Positions 53,110-63,295 of a stretch of 64,000 nucleotides of DNA are shown here, piece after piece. The position numbers and the translations under genes were made by a program. Where the stretch lies: NCBI RefSeq assembly GCF_028368995.1, contig NZ_JAQNDL010000001.1, positions 3,616,001 through 3,680,000 of the forward strand, given 5' to 3'. This stretch comes from Nannocystis bainbridge. Lineage in GTDB: Bacteria; Myxococcota_A; Polyangia; Nannocystales; Nannocystaceae. The notes beneath the pieces are model-generated. The model did no database searches. It was not told the origin of the DNA and saw only the letters and a list, made by a program, of their open reading frames with translations. Numbering within the stretch: position 1 is the first letter of the stretch; every line of letters starts with the position of its first letter.

Positions 53110-53901
53110 TCAGCCCAGCGCCGCCAGCATCGTCGGGTTGTCGATGAAGTAGTGGACGCGACGCACCAGCCCGTCGCGGACCTGCCACACGTGGGCGATC
53201 GGCACGTCGTAGCGGCGGCCGTGGGCCCTTTCGGTCCCGCGGGTGCGGCCGAGCGCCACCACGTGCTCCCCGGCGTCGATGAAGCGCTCGAGCGCCAGCG
53301 TCGAGTCGAGCGCCTGCATCAGCCGCGCGAAGCACTGCTGCAGCCCCGTCTGGCCCTCGTAGTGCCCGCCCCACGGCACCTCCGTGGATTGATCGATCTG
53401 CACCTCGGGCGCGAACAGGGCCAGCGCCGCCGCCAGGTCGCGGCGAGTGAACGCCGCGTACACCTGCTTCACCACCTCCACGTTCGCGCGCCCCTCCGTC
53501 GCCCCCGGGAACCACTCCACCTGCTGCTCGCCGCGGCGGCCGTGGTACACGACCCGCTTGCCGTCGATCCACACGTCGTAGCCGACGCAGCCGGCCGCGC
53601 GCGTGCGCCGGACGAACTCGGGGTACTTCACCGCGCCCTCCTGGGCCCCGCGGACCGCCGCTTGCACGGCGATGCCGTCGAACTCGCGGGCGATGGCCGG
53701 TTCGGCCAGGGACAGCTCGAACGTGCACACCTGGCCGTCGGCCGTGTAATAGGTGCTCCGCCCCGCGCGATAATCGACGTGGTACGACTCGACCCCCGCC
53801 GCCGCCAGGCGCGTGACCACGGTCCCGAAGTCGATCGTGCCTGCGTGGGACTGCCGCGCGCAGTCCTCGATCGTCGCCATATTCACATTCGGATTCGTCA
53901 T
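53110..53901 (-). CDS. DUF1398 plus SnoaL-like (NTF2) fusion protein
   Basis: N-half AGVESYHVDY...AGCVGYDVWIDGKRVVYHGRRG (DUF1398). C-half NVEVVKQVYAAF...PWGGHYEG...AHVWQVRDG (SnoaL). Confidence 0.8.
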   Translation of the reverse strand: MTNPNVNMATIEDCARQSHAGTIDFGTVVTRLAAAGVESYHVDYRAGRSTYYTADGQVCTFELSLAEPAIAREFDGIAVQAAVRGAQEGAVKYPEFVRRTRAAGCVGYDVWIDGKRVVYHGRRGEQQVEWFPGATEGRANVEVVKQVYAAFTRRDLAAALALFAPEVQIDQSTEVPWGGHYEGQTGLQQCFARLMQALDSTLALERFIDAGEHVVALGRTRGTERAHGRRYDVPIAHVWQVRDGLVRRVHYFIDNPTMLAALG

Positions 53902-53920
53902 ATACCCTTCGCTTGCGCCC

Positions 53921-54388
53921 CTAATCGACGGGGGCACTCGTGATGTGGTGGGTGCGGGCGATCTCCTGCAGCACGCGCATCAGCTCGTCGCGGGCTTGTC
54001 TGGGCAATCGACCGAAGAATTCCTGGTCGTTCGCGTCGGCCAGGGCGGCCAGTCGGGGCACCAGGGCCCGCCCTTCCGCCGTCAAGGCCACCGCCTGCTG
54101 CCGGCGATCGACCTGCGACGGCGAGCGCGTCGCCAGCCCCTTGCTCTCGAGGCGGTCGATCAGCTTCGACACGGCCCCCTTCGTCATCCCCAACGACTGC
54201 ACCAGCGCCCCCGGCGAGCCGCTGTCGGGGCCGTAGAGCTCGCGCAGTACCACCCACTCCGACACGCTCACCCCCGACGCCTCGACCTTGAGGCGAAACG
54301 CGTGGGACACCTGGTTGGACACCAGCCGCAGCCAGTAGCCCAGGTGCGCCGCGAGCCCGCTGACCTCCTCTTGCGCCCCAGCCGTCAT
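53921..54388 (-). CDS. MarR-family transcriptional regulator
   Basis: HLGYWLR, MTKGAVSKLIDRLESKGL, DRR, LTAEG. Confidence 0.93.
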   Translation of the reverse strand: MTAGAQEEVSGLAAHLGYWLRLVSNQVSHAFRLKVEASGVSVSEWVVLRELYGPDSGSPGALVQSLGMTKGAVSKLIDRLESKGLATRSPSQVDRRQQAVALTAEGRALVPRLAALADANDQEFFGRLPRQARDELMRVLQEIARTHHITSAPVD

Positions 54389-54397
54389 TGCCCGGTC

Positions 54398-54426
54398 GTT
54401 GTAGTTTCCGTGGAAACTATTGTCAA
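54398..54426 (-). promoter_or_regulatory. Sigma70-type promoter overlapped by a palindromic MarR operator
   Basis: Minus strand TTGACA-17 bp-TACAAC; inverted repeat TAGTTTCC-GT-GGAAACTA at 54402-54419. Confidence 0.75.
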
Positions 54427-54627
54427 CTTTTTCCCGCGGCGCGCGCCTCGCCGGCGGTTTGGGCGCGGCTGCGAGCACGGCGCCCCGTAATGTCGAGCTC
54501 GGCGAAGCGACCGCTGCCGATGCCGACGGGTAGAGCGCCCAATTATTTCTGTGGGGAAACAAACACTGTTACTATTGGCTTCTTTGTCTCTGCTCGGGAA
54601 TAATGGCTGGGGAGAATCCCAGAGATA

Positions 54628-55527
54628 ATGGATCAGCTACTGGCGATGCGGGTCTTCGCGCGAGTCGTCGAAGCCGGCAGTTTTACGCGCGCCGCGGCCT
54701 CTTTACAGATGCCGAAGGCCACAGTGACCAAACTGGTGCAGGGCCTGGAGGCGCGTCTGCGCGTCCAGCTGCTCGAACGGACCACGCGGCGCGTCACCGT
54801 GACCGCCGACGGCGCCTCCTATTACGAGCATACGGGCCGCCTGCTCGGCGAATTGAGCGACATCGAGGCCACCCTCAGCCACGCGCAGAAGAGCCCGCGC
54901 GGCCGCCTGCGCGTCGACCTGGCCACCGCCACCGCCTGCATGCTCATCATCCCCGCGCTGCCGCGGTTTCAGGCGCTGCACCCCGACATCGAGCTCGATC
55001 TCGAGATCAGCGACCGGCTCTCCGGCCCCATCGGCGAAAATGTCGATTGCGTCATCCGCGGCGCCGCGTATGACCTCGCCCACGTCTCGCGCCGGCTCGG
55101 CGCCGTTCGCTGGGTCACGTGCGCCACGCCCGGCTACCTCGAGCGCCACGGCGCGCCGCAGCACCCGCGCGACCTGGAGGACAGCGAACAGAACCTCGTG
55201 GCCTACGTGCCGCCTGCGACGGCCCGGCCGATGGTGCTGCATTTCGAGCGAGACGGCGAGACCCTCGCCATCAAGGGCCGCTGCCGCCTCTCGATCAACG
55301 ACAGCCAGGCCCACCTCGTCGCCGCCCTCGCCGGCCTCGGCGTGGTCCAGGTCCTCGAGTGCATGGCGCGTCCTCACCTCGAGCGCGGCGAGCTCGTGCC
55401 CGTGCTCACCGACTGGCAGCGCCCGCCCCACCCGATCTACATCATGTATCCGCAAAATCGCCACCTCAGCGCCAAGCTGCAGGTGTTCGTCGATTGGGTC
55501 GCCGACCTGTTCGCCCCACACAGTTGA
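54628..55527 (+). CDS. LysR-family regulator (CrgA-like)
   Basis: MDQLLAMRVFARVVEAGSFTRAA..., RTTRRV, GRLRVD. Confidence 0.95.
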   Translation: MDQLLAMRVFARVVEAGSFTRAAASLQMPKATVTKLVQGLEARLRVQLLERTTRRVTVTADGASYYEHTGRLLGELSDIEATLSHAQKSPRGRLRVDLATATACMLIIPALPRFQALHPDIELDLEISDRLSGPIGENVDCVIRGAAYDLAHVSRRLGAVRWVTCATPGYLERHGAPQHPRDLEDSEQNLVAYVPPATARPMVLHFERDGETLAIKGRCRLSINDSQAHLVAALAGLGVVQVLECMARPHLERGELVPVLTDWQRPPHPIYIMYPQNRHLSAKLQVFVDWVADLFAPHS

Positions 55528-55786
55528 CTACCGCGCCGGCCGGTTCGCACGTGTGAATCCCCGATCGCACGGATGGGCGGCTCGCCCTGCTCGCCCGAAT
55601 CATGACACCCGCCCACCTCGACGCCCGTCGCATCGGCGAAACCTCGGCGTGTGGGCGGGGTTTCAGCGGCCATTGTGAGCCCCGCCCATGACACCGCGGC
55701 CGGACGTGTCACGACATTCGGGTCGTGAGCCTCCCGCCCGGCGCGCCGCGATCCTTCGCCACGGCGCCGGCAGCTACCCCGGCATC

Positions 55787-56089
55787 ATGGCGAACATGCA
55801 TTGGCTTGTCCCCTTCATGCTCCTGCTCGGCGCTTGCAACCACGATGGCAGCACCGAGACCGGGTCCTGCTATTACAGCCCGCGCGTCGAGGTGCCGCGC
55901 GATGAATACGACGCCGCCGAGGAGGACGGCGAGCTGCCGCAGGAGGCCTGCGAGGCGCTTTGCAACAAGTACCTCGAAGTCGAGGACTCTGGCGGCCCCG
56001 AGCAGGTGGAGGCGCCCGAGTGCATCGTCGAGGTCCGGGGGGCCGAGCTCGTGACCATGGATTGCCAGGTCCCGACCGGCTGCGCCTGA
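55787..56089 (+). CDS. Small acidic Cys-containing lipoprotein
   Basis: Lipobox LLLGAC; about 100 aa; several Cys. Confidence 0.65.
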   Translation: MANMHWLVPFMLLLGACNHDGSTETGSCYYSPRVEVPRDEYDAAEEDGELPQEACEALCNKYLEVEDSGGPEQVEAPECIVEVRGAELVTMDCQVPTGCA

Positions 56090-56099
56090 GCGGCGACGG

Positions 56100-56471
56100 T
56101 CAGTCGTTGCTCGTCACCCGCTGGATCGCGTCGAGCAGGTCCTTCGCCTGGAACGGCTTGGTCAGGAACGCCAGCGCTCCCGCGCGGAGGCACTGCTTGC
56201 GCACGTCGTCGTCGCCGTGCGCCGTCAGCACCACCACGGGCAGCCGCGAATCGCGGCGCCCCAGCTCGACCAGCAGATCGACCCCGCTCATGCCCGGCAT
56301 CCGCACGTCGAGCACCAGCGCGTTGATCGCCGCCACCTTGCCCGTCTCGAGGAACGCCTCGGCCGACGGGAACGTCTCGACCAGGAAGCCCGTCGAGCCC
56401 AGCAGGTTGCCGAGCGAGCGGCGCAGCGAGGCATCGTCGTCGACGATCGCAATCATCCGTTCCTCCGTCAT
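56100..56471 (-). CDS. Single-domain response regulator
   Basis: IAIVDDD, LDVRMPG, LTAHGD, KPF; ATGA coupling to the upstream gene. Confidence 0.92.
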   Translation of the reverse strand: MTEERMIAIVDDDASLRRSLGNLLGSTGFLVETFPSAEAFLETGKVAAINALVLDVRMPGMSGVDLLVELGRRDSRLPVVVLTAHGDDDVRKQCLRAGALAFLTKPFQAKDLLDAIQRVTSND

Positions 56472-57127
56472 CTCGCGCGCGCTTCCTCGCCCGGGCCGAG
56501 CTGCCCGAGTCGGACCGCGAAGCGCACCAGCTCGGCCACCGAGCCCGCGCGCATCTTCTCCATCACCTTCGCCCGCTGCTCCTTGACCGTCGCCTCGCGG
56601 GTCCCGAACTCGGCCGCGATCTGCTTGTTCAGCTGGCCGGCCACCACCCCGCGCATCACCTCGCGCTCGCGGAGCGTCAGCGACTCGTAGCGGCTCGTCA
56701 GCGCCGCCAGGTCGTCGCGGCCCTGGCGGGCCACCCGGTCGCGCTCGATCGCCTCGCGGATCGCCGCGATCAGGCCCGCCGGCTCGAACGGCTTGGTCAT
56801 GAACTCGACCGCGCCCGCCTTCATCGCCCGCACCGACATCGGGATGTCGCCTTGCCCGGTGAGGAAGATGATCGGCAGGGTCACCTGCGCGTCGGACAGC
56901 CGCCGCTGCAGCTCGAGGCCGTCGAGCAGCGGCAGCTTCACGTCGAGCACCGCGCAGCCGCGGGCCTCCGAGTGGTCGGCCGACAGGAAGCTCTCCGCGC
57001 TGGGGAAGGTCTCGACGGCCAGGTCGACCGACGACAGCAGTCGGCTCAGGCTCGTGCGCACGGCCGGGTCGTCGTCGACCACGAAGACCTTCGGTGCAGA
57101 TCGGGGGGAGGTGGAGGTCGCGCTCAT
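56468..57127 (-). CDS. FixJ/NodW-type response regulator (receiver plus LuxR HTH)
   Basis: VVDDD, LDVKLP, LTGQGDIPMSVRAMKAGA, LTLREREV...NKQIA. Confidence 0.94.
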   Translation of the reverse strand: MSATSTSPRSAPKVFVVDDDPAVRTSLSRLLSSVDLAVETFPSAESFLSADHSEARGCAVLDVKLPLLDGLELQRRLSDAQVTLPIIFLTGQGDIPMSVRAMKAGAVEFMTKPFEPAGLIAAIREAIERDRVARQGRDDLAALTSRYESLTLREREVMRGVVAGQLNKQIAAEFGTREATVKEQRAKVMEKMRAGSVAELVRFAVRLGQLGPGEEARAR

Positions 57128-60100
57128 CAAGAGCTCCGCGGCGTCGTCCGGGGCAGGGCCGTGAGGGAGAACCCGAATGTAGCACCGACGCCGGACGCGT
57201 TGGAATCGGCCCACAGGCGACCTCCATGTCGCTCGATGATCGACCGGCTGATCGCCAGCCCCATCCCGAGCCCGTTCGCCTTGGTCGTGAAGAACGGCTC
57301 GAACAGGTGCGCCGGGGCCAGCGAGCCGATGCCCACCCCCCAGTCCTCGACCTCCACCACCACGGATGGGTCCGCTTCGCCCCATTCGACGAACGTGCGC
57401 ACTGTGATGCGCCGTCGCCCCGGCTCGACGTCGCGCGACGCGTCGCTGGCGTTGAGGATCAGGTTCAGCACCACCTGTTGCAGCTGGACCGGGTCACCGA
57501 TCACCGGCGGCAGGTTCGGCTGCAGCGAAGTCTCGAGCACCACCTCCGCCTGCAGCAGCTGGCGGCGCACCACCGGCAGCGCCGCGTACACCACCGCCGT
57601 CAGATCGCACGGATTGGTCTCGATCGACGAGCGCGACAGCAGCGCCCGGATCCGCCGCAAGATCTCCCCCGCGCGGTTGCTCTCGCTGGCGATCGCCCCC
57701 AGCGACTCGCGCACGTTGTCGAGCTTTGGTTGCGGCGCCGACAGCCAGTTGGTGCAGGCCGCCGCCTCGGCGATGATCGCCGTCAGTGGTTGATTGATCT
57801 CGTGGGCGATCGACGCCGCCAGCTCGCCGAGCGTGGTGATGCGGGTGACGTGGGCGAGGTCGGTCTGGGCCCGGTGCAGCGCCGACTCGCTGCGCTCGAG
57901 GTCCAGCTCGGCGCGGCGGCGGGCCAGCGCGTTGGCGAACACCTCGCCGAAGATCCGCAGGCGCTGGCGGACCGGGTCGGTCCATTGCATATGGCGCGAC
58001 GTGCAAGCCAGGTTGAGCGACGCGATCGTCGCCCCGCCGACGATCAGCGGCAGCCCGATCACCGACTTGATCCCCATCGCCGTCAGCGCCAGCCGCTCCT
58101 CGGCTTTGTGGTCCGGCATGCGCTGGACGTCGTGGACCGGCACGTCCTCGCCGCGGCGCATCTCCTCCACGCTGTCGGGGAACATCGTCACCGTGTTCGG
58201 CGGCAGCCCCACCCCCGACTTGGCCCACGTGTGCGTCGTGACCGCGTCGTGGCCGGTGACCGGGAACCAGAAGATGAAGATGCTGTCGACCTCGAAGAAC
58301 GCGCCGAGCTGGGCCAGCATCGCGTCGATCTCGGCGTCGAGGCGGTCGGTCGGCGACGCGGCCAGGCGGCTCGAGACGAGCGAGCGCAGCGTCCAGAACC
58401 TGACCCGCGAGTCGAGCTCCTCCTCGGCCTGCTTGCGATCCTCGATGTCGGTGCTCGTGCCGTACCACTCGACGATCCCCTGCTCGTCGTAGAGCGGCTG
58501 GACCCGCGTCAAGAACCACCGGTACGCCCCGTCGGCGCGGCGCAGCCGGGCCTCGAACGAGCCCGGCTCGCCCGACTGCACCAGCCGCTGCCAGTGCGAC
58601 CTGGCCGCCTCCGTATCGTCGGGGTGGGTCGCGCTCGGGTGGCGCTGCGCCTGCGCCTCGGCCAGCGACAGCCCGGTGTAATCGAGCCACTGGCGGTTGA
58701 AGAACATCGCCGCGCCGTCGGGCCGGGCCGACCACGCCAGCGTCGGGATCGTGTCGATGATGCGCGTCAGTCGGTCCTCCGAGCGACCGGCCTCCGCGTA
58801 GAGGCGCGCGTTCTCCAGCGAGATCGCCGCCTGCGACGCCAGCAGCGTCAGCACCGCGATCCGCTCCGACGTGAAAGCGTGCGGCGTCAGCGTGTTCTCG
58901 AGCAGCAGCACCGCGACCAGCTGCGACGGCTTGGCCAGCGGCAGGCACAGCAGCGAGCGACAGCCGTGCCTGGTGACGTATGGGTCGTCCGCGAACGGGT
59001 GCGCCTGCCGGGCGTCCTCGAGCAGCACGCTCTGGCGGGTGCGCGCCACGTACTGGATCACCGTCTCCGGCAGCGCCTCGGCCGGCGCCGACGGCCCGCG
59101 CAGCTGCACCGTCACCCCGTCCTTGCCGGTCGTCGCCACCGCCGCGACCTCGACCTCGCCGCGGGCCAGCGTCACCAGCACCCCGCGCGTCGCCCCTGCG
59201 CTCTCGACCGTCGTGCGCATCAACGCCTCGATCAACCGGTCGAGCACGATCTCGCTCGACAGCGCCTGCGAGGCCCGGATCACCGCCGCCGCGTCGAGCC
59301 GCTCGAGCAGCGTCTCGCTCGACGGCATCACCGCCGGGCGACCGGCCCGCAGCCGCCGCGCCAGCAGCTCCACCTTGCCGCGCGCCCCCCAGCGGTCGTA
59401 GAGCGCCTGCGCCTCGCGGGTGTACGCCGCCGCGATCGTGGCGAACCCGCGGCGCTCGTGGAAGCGCGCCGCCAGGTCGTTGGCGATCGCCTCGAACTGT
59501 ACGAAGCCGGCCTCGCGCGCCAGCCCGATCGCCCGCTCGTACAGCCGCTCCGCCGCCAGCTCGTGACCCTGCAGGCGGGCCAGCTCCGCCTCGACCAGCG
59601 CCGCCTGGCAGCCGAACGTCGGCGGCGAGTCCACGGCCCAGGTGACCAGCTGGGTGTGATGCGCCGCCACCAGCGCGACGTGATCGCGCCCGGGCGCGCC
59701 GTCGCTGACCGCCGCGTGGGCCAGCGCCGAGTACAGGTGGAACTCGGCCTCCTCGTAGAACAGCGCCGCCAGCTCGATACTCTCGTGGGCCCGTGCGGCG
59801 ATGGCTTGGGCCTCGGCGAAGCGCTCGAGGTGGAAGCAGGCCTGGAGCTCGCGGATCCAGCGAAACACCGCGAGCAGGGCGCCGGGGATCGATCGGTCGT
59901 CGACGAGCCGGGCTTCGGCGGTCGCGGCCGAGGGATCGTCGAGCGGCGCGCGCAGGGTCCGGATCAGCGCGAGCTGGGCCCCGATCAGGTCGACGGCGAA
60001 GGCGTAGCCGGCCCGGCGCGCCACGCCGAGAGCGGCCTCTGCCTCGCGCAGCACCTCGGCCAGCGGGGCCCCCGCGGCCAGGCGGAACGTGATCGCAAAC

Positions 60101-63100
60101 CCGGCGCAGTACGACGCGTAGGTGAGGTCGCCGCTCTCGAGCGCGGTCTCGCCGGCGCGCCACGTGATCGCATGGCTGGCGCGCAGGTGGCTGGTCCACG
60201 GGATCACGTTGGTGGCGAACACCATCTGCACGCGCGCGGCGTAGCGGTCGAGCCCGCGCCGCTCGACCAGGTCGGCGCTCAGCCGGCCGAACCGGTGGCC
60301 GTCGCGATAAGCGGCGAAACGCGGACCGATCACCGTGCCGAGCAGCGAGAAGGCCAGCGCCGAGCCGTCGGTGATGCCGTGCTCGAGGCTGAGCAGGACG
60401 ATGTGGACGATCAGCAGCGCGTAAAGGTTCTTGTCGGCGAAGTACGCCGGCGTGGTGAACAGCGACAGCACGTCGACCGTGGCGCGCCGCCCCGGGTCGG
60501 TCATCGGCGGCAGGTCGAACAGCGACTCGATCGTGCGCTCGCCCATGCGCGCGCGCATGCCCTGGTACTGCGCCCGCACCTCCGCGTCGGTCGGCGCCGG
60601 CGGCAGCGCGATGCCGACGCTGCGCAAGTAATCGAGGCAGATCGGCACCACCCGATCGAACCTGTCGGAGGTCGTGTACAGGTGGACCTGCATGCACACG
60701 ATCGCCGCCCGCTCGATCGGGTCGCTCACGTGCGAGGCCAGCCGCGACAGCCGCGCCTCGGCCGAATCATTGGCCCCGTCGAGCCGCTCGCACTCCGCCA
60801 GCGCCAGCTCGATCGGGAACGTCAGCGCCGGGCAGCGCTGCCAGCGGTCGGCCGGCAGCAGCGCGTTCGCCTGCGTCAAGTAGCGGTGCGCCTGCGCGTA
60901 CGCGCTCGAGGCCCGCGCCCGGCCGCCCGCCAGCAGGTTGAGCTCCGCCAGCAGCAGCCGCTCGTCCTCCGCCGCCACCAGCGACGAGCCGGCGTTGTAC
61001 TGATTGACGACGTCGAACACCGCCTCCTCGCGCCGCTCGCTCGGCGTGCTCGCCAGCAGTCGCTGCGCGATCCGCCGGTGCGCCGCCGGCCGCTCCGACT
61101 CGGCCAGCAGCGCATACGAGGCCTCGCGCACGCGGTCGTGGAGGAACGAGTAGGCGCCGTCGAGCTGGTACACCAGGCCCGAGCGGATCGCCTCGGCCAG
61201 CGCCGCGTGGATGTGCTCGCCGTGCACGACCTCGAGGATCCGCGCCGGCGCGGTGTGACCGAGGCAAGCCAGATCCTTCAGCGCCTCGCGGGTCGCCGCC
61301 GGCAGGCCGCCGAAGCGCGTCATCATCAGCTCGACGACGTTGTCGGTGAAGTTCTGGGCCTGGATCCGCGCGACGTCCCACGTCCAGCTGCCGCTCACCG
61401 GGTCGAAGCCGATCAGCGCGTCGTCGTAGAGCGCGCCGACGAACTGGATGGCGAAGAACGGGTTGCCGCTGGTCTTCTCGAACACCAGCCGCGCCAATGG
61501 GCGCACGTGCTCGCGGCTGCAGCCCAGCGCCCCGCCGAGCATCTTCTCGAAGTCCTGCACCTGCAGCGGCGGCACCGCGATCTCCCGCAGCGTCGCCCCG
61601 GCCGCGGTCATCCGCGCGATCGCCCGCGCCAGCGCGTGGTCGCCATCCACCTGTTGGTCGCGATAGGCGCCGACCAAAAACAAATGCGTGACCTCGTCCT
61701 GCCCGACCAGGTGCTCGAGCAGCGCCACCGTCGCCTCGTCGGCCCACTGCAGGTCGTCGAGGAACAGCACCAGCGGGTGCTCGGCCGTCGCCAGGACCCC
61801 GAGGAACCGCCGGAACACCGCATAGAAGCGGCTGTTGGCCTCCTCCGGCGCCAGCTCGGCGATCGCCGCCTGCTCGCCGATGACCAGCGCCAGCTCGGGC
61901 ACCAGGTCGACGATCAGCTTGCCGCTCGGCCCGAGCGCGCGCTGCAGCGACTCGCGCCAGCGCCCGACCTCTTCCTCGCTCTGGGCCAGGATCCCCCGCA
62001 CCACGGTGCGCAGGCCGCCGGCGAACGGCGCGTACGGGACCTCGCGCGTCGACTCGTCGGCCTTGCCGCTGGCGAACAGCGCCCGCGCCGGCAGCAGCAC
62101 GCGCCGCAGCTCGCCGACCAGCGACGACTTGCCGGCGCCCGGATAGCCGGTGACCAGCACCAGCTCGCGCGCGCCACCCGATATCGCGCGGGCGAAGGCC
62201 GCCAGCAGCTCGTCGCTCTCGCGCTCGCGCCCATACAGCTTGTCCGGCACGCGGAGCCGCCGCGCCACGTCCTGGGCGCCGAGGCGGAACGGCTCGACGC
62301 GGCCGAACGACTCCCACTCGGCGAGGCAGCGCCGCAGGTCGGTGAGCACCCCGCGCGCCGACTGGTAGCGGTCCTCCGGCGTCTTCGCCAGCAGCTTGAG
62401 CACGATCGCCGACAGCGGCCGCGGCGCATCCGGCACCAGCTCGTGCGGCGGCCTCGGCTCGCGCGCCAAATGCCCGTGCAGCAGCTCCGCCGGGTCGTCG
62501 GCCGCGAACGGCAACACCCCGGTCAGCAGCTGGTAGAGCGTCACGCCGAGCGAGTAGAGGTCGCTGCGCGCGTCGGTCGACCGGTTCATGCGCCCGGTCT
62601 GCTCCGGGGCCACGTACGCCAGCGTGCCCGCCGGCACCGGCCCGCCGACGCTCTGGTGCTCGCGCCGCGACAGCGAGGCGATGCCGAACCCGGTGAGCCA
62701 CACCGCACCGGCGCGCGCGTCGACCAGGATGTTGGCCGGCCGCAGATCCTTGTGGGTGATGCCGCGGTCGTGGGCGCGGTCGAGCGCGATCGCCAGGCCG
62801 ATCGCCGCCCGCAAGAAGGCCGTCGTCTCCCACGCGCGCCCGACCAGCTCGGCCAGGCTGTCGCCGCCCGGATCGCGCAGCAACAACACGAGCCGCCCAC
62901 CGTCGCGCGCGAGCCCCAGCGGCTGCGCGCCCCACGACGGCTCGATGACGTGGCGCAGCGCCAGCTCGTGCTCGAGGCGCGCGACCGGCCCGCGCACGAC
63001 CAGCACCGCCGCCCCATCGCTGCGGCGAGCCGCCCGCGCGAGCCCGACGTCGCCCTCCTGCCACAGCGGCGAGCCGCCCATCAATTCGACGGGGAGGGGC

Positions 63101-63147
63101 TCGCCGGCGCCACCAGAGATCTCGCGCATCGGTAAAACCATGGTCAT
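57127..63147 (-). CDS. Multidomain Ser/Thr-kinase-like/AAA ATPase/GAF/PAS/GAF sensor histidine kinase
   Basis: HKDLRPAN, GTLAYVAPEQTGR, Walker A GYPGAGKS, LDDLQWAD, GAF, PAS (HPDD..RRADGAYRW), AHEINQPL, GLGMGL. Start lies at 63129-63147. Confidence 0.93.
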   Translation of the reverse strand: MTMVLPMREISGGAGEPLPVELMGGSPLWQEGDVGLARAARRSDGAAVLVVRGPVARLEHELALRHVIEPSWGAQPLGLARDGGRLVLLLRDPGGDSLAELVGRAWETTAFLRAAIGLAIALDRAHDRGITHKDLRPANILVDARAGAVWLTGFGIASLSRREHQSVGGPVPAGTLAYVAPEQTGRMNRSTDARSDLYSLGVTLYQLLTGVLPFAADDPAELLHGHLAREPRPPHELVPDAPRPLSAIVLKLLAKTPEDRYQSARGVLTDLRRCLAEWESFGRVEPFRLGAQDVARRLRVPDKLYGRERESDELLAAFARAISGGARELVLVTGYPGAGKSSLVGELRRVLLPARALFASGKADESTREVPYAPFAGGLRTVVRGILAQSEEEVGRWRESLQRALGPSGKLIVDLVPELALVIGEQAAIAELAPEEANSRFYAVFRRFLGVLATAEHPLVLFLDDLQWADEATVALLEHLVGQDEVTHLFLVGAYRDQQVDGDHALARAIARMTAAGATLREIAVPPLQVQDFEKMLGGALGCSREHVRPLARLVFEKTSGNPFFAIQFVGALYDDALIGFDPVSGSWTWDVARIQAQNFTDNVVELMMTRFGGLPAATREALKDLACLGHTAPARILEVVHGEHIHAALAEAIRSGLVYQLDGAYSFLHDRVREASYALLAESERPAAHRRIAQRLLASTPSERREEAVFDVVNQYNAGSSLVAAEDERLLLAELNLLAGGRARASSAYAQAHRYLTQANALLPADRWQRCPALTFPIELALAECERLDGANDSAEARLSRLASHVSDPIERAAIVCMQVHLYTTSDRFDRVVPICLDYLRSVGIALPPAPTDAEVRAQYQGMRARMGERTIESLFDLPPMTDPGRRATVDVLSLFTTPAYFADKNLYALLIVHIVLLSLEHGITDGSALAFSLLGTVIGPRFAAYRDGHRFGRLSADLVERRGLDRYAARVQMVFATNVIPWTSHLRASHAITWRAGETALESGDLTYASYCAGFAITFRLAAGAPLAEVLREAEAALGVARRAGYAFAVDLIGAQLALIRTLRAPLDDPSAATAEARLVDDRSIPGALLAVFRWIRELQACFHLERFAEAQAIAARAHESIELAALFYEEAEFHLYSALAHAAVSDGAPGRDHVALVAAHHTQLVTWAVDSPPTFGCQAALVEAELARLQGHELAAERLYERAIGLAREAGFVQFEAIANDLAARFHERRGFATIAAAYTREAQALYDRWGARGKVELLARRLRAGRPAVMPSSETLLERLDAAAVIRASQALSSEIVLDRLIEALMRTTVESAGATRGVLVTLARGEVEVAAVATTGKDGVTVQLRGPSAPAEALPETVIQYVARTRQSVLLEDARQAHPFADDPYVTRHGCRSLLCLPLAKPSQLVAVLLLENTLTPHAFTSERIAVLTLLASQAAISLENARLYAEAGRSEDRLTRIIDTIPTLAWSARPDGAAMFFNRQWLDYTGLSLAEAQAQRHPSATHPDDTEAARSHWQRLVQSGEPGSFEARLRRADGAYRWFLTRVQPLYDEQGIVEWYGTSTDIEDRKQAEEELDSRVRFWTLRSLVSSRLAASPTDRLDAEIDAMLAQLGAFFEVDSIFIFWFPVTGHDAVTTHTWAKSGVGLPPNTVTMFPDSVEEMRRGEDVPVHDVQRMPDHKAEERLALTAMGIKSVIGLPLIVGGATIASLNLACTSRHMQWTDPVRQRLRIFGEVFANALARRRAELDLERSESALHRAQTDLAHVTRITTLGELAASIAHEINQPLTAIIAEAAACTNWLSAPQPKLDNVRESLGAIASESNRAGEILRRIRALLSRSSIETNPCDLTAVVYAALPVVRRQLLQAEVVLETSLQPNLPPVIGDPVQLQQVVLNLILNASDASRDVEPGRRRITVRTFVEWGEADPSVVVEVEDWGVGIGSLAPAHLFEPFFTTKANGLGMGLAISRSIIERHGGRLWADSNASGVGATFGFSLTALPRTTPRSS

Positions 63148-63295
63148 CGACCGCAGGGCCGCAGGACCGCCCGAGTCTACGCCCTGAGCCGCGAGGGCCG
63201 GCGCCGGGCGACACCCGACCTTGGTCGGGTAGCGCGATCCCCCTGCGCCGATGCGGGCTCGTCCGCCCCCGAGGGCCGCGCTATCGTCGACCGCA

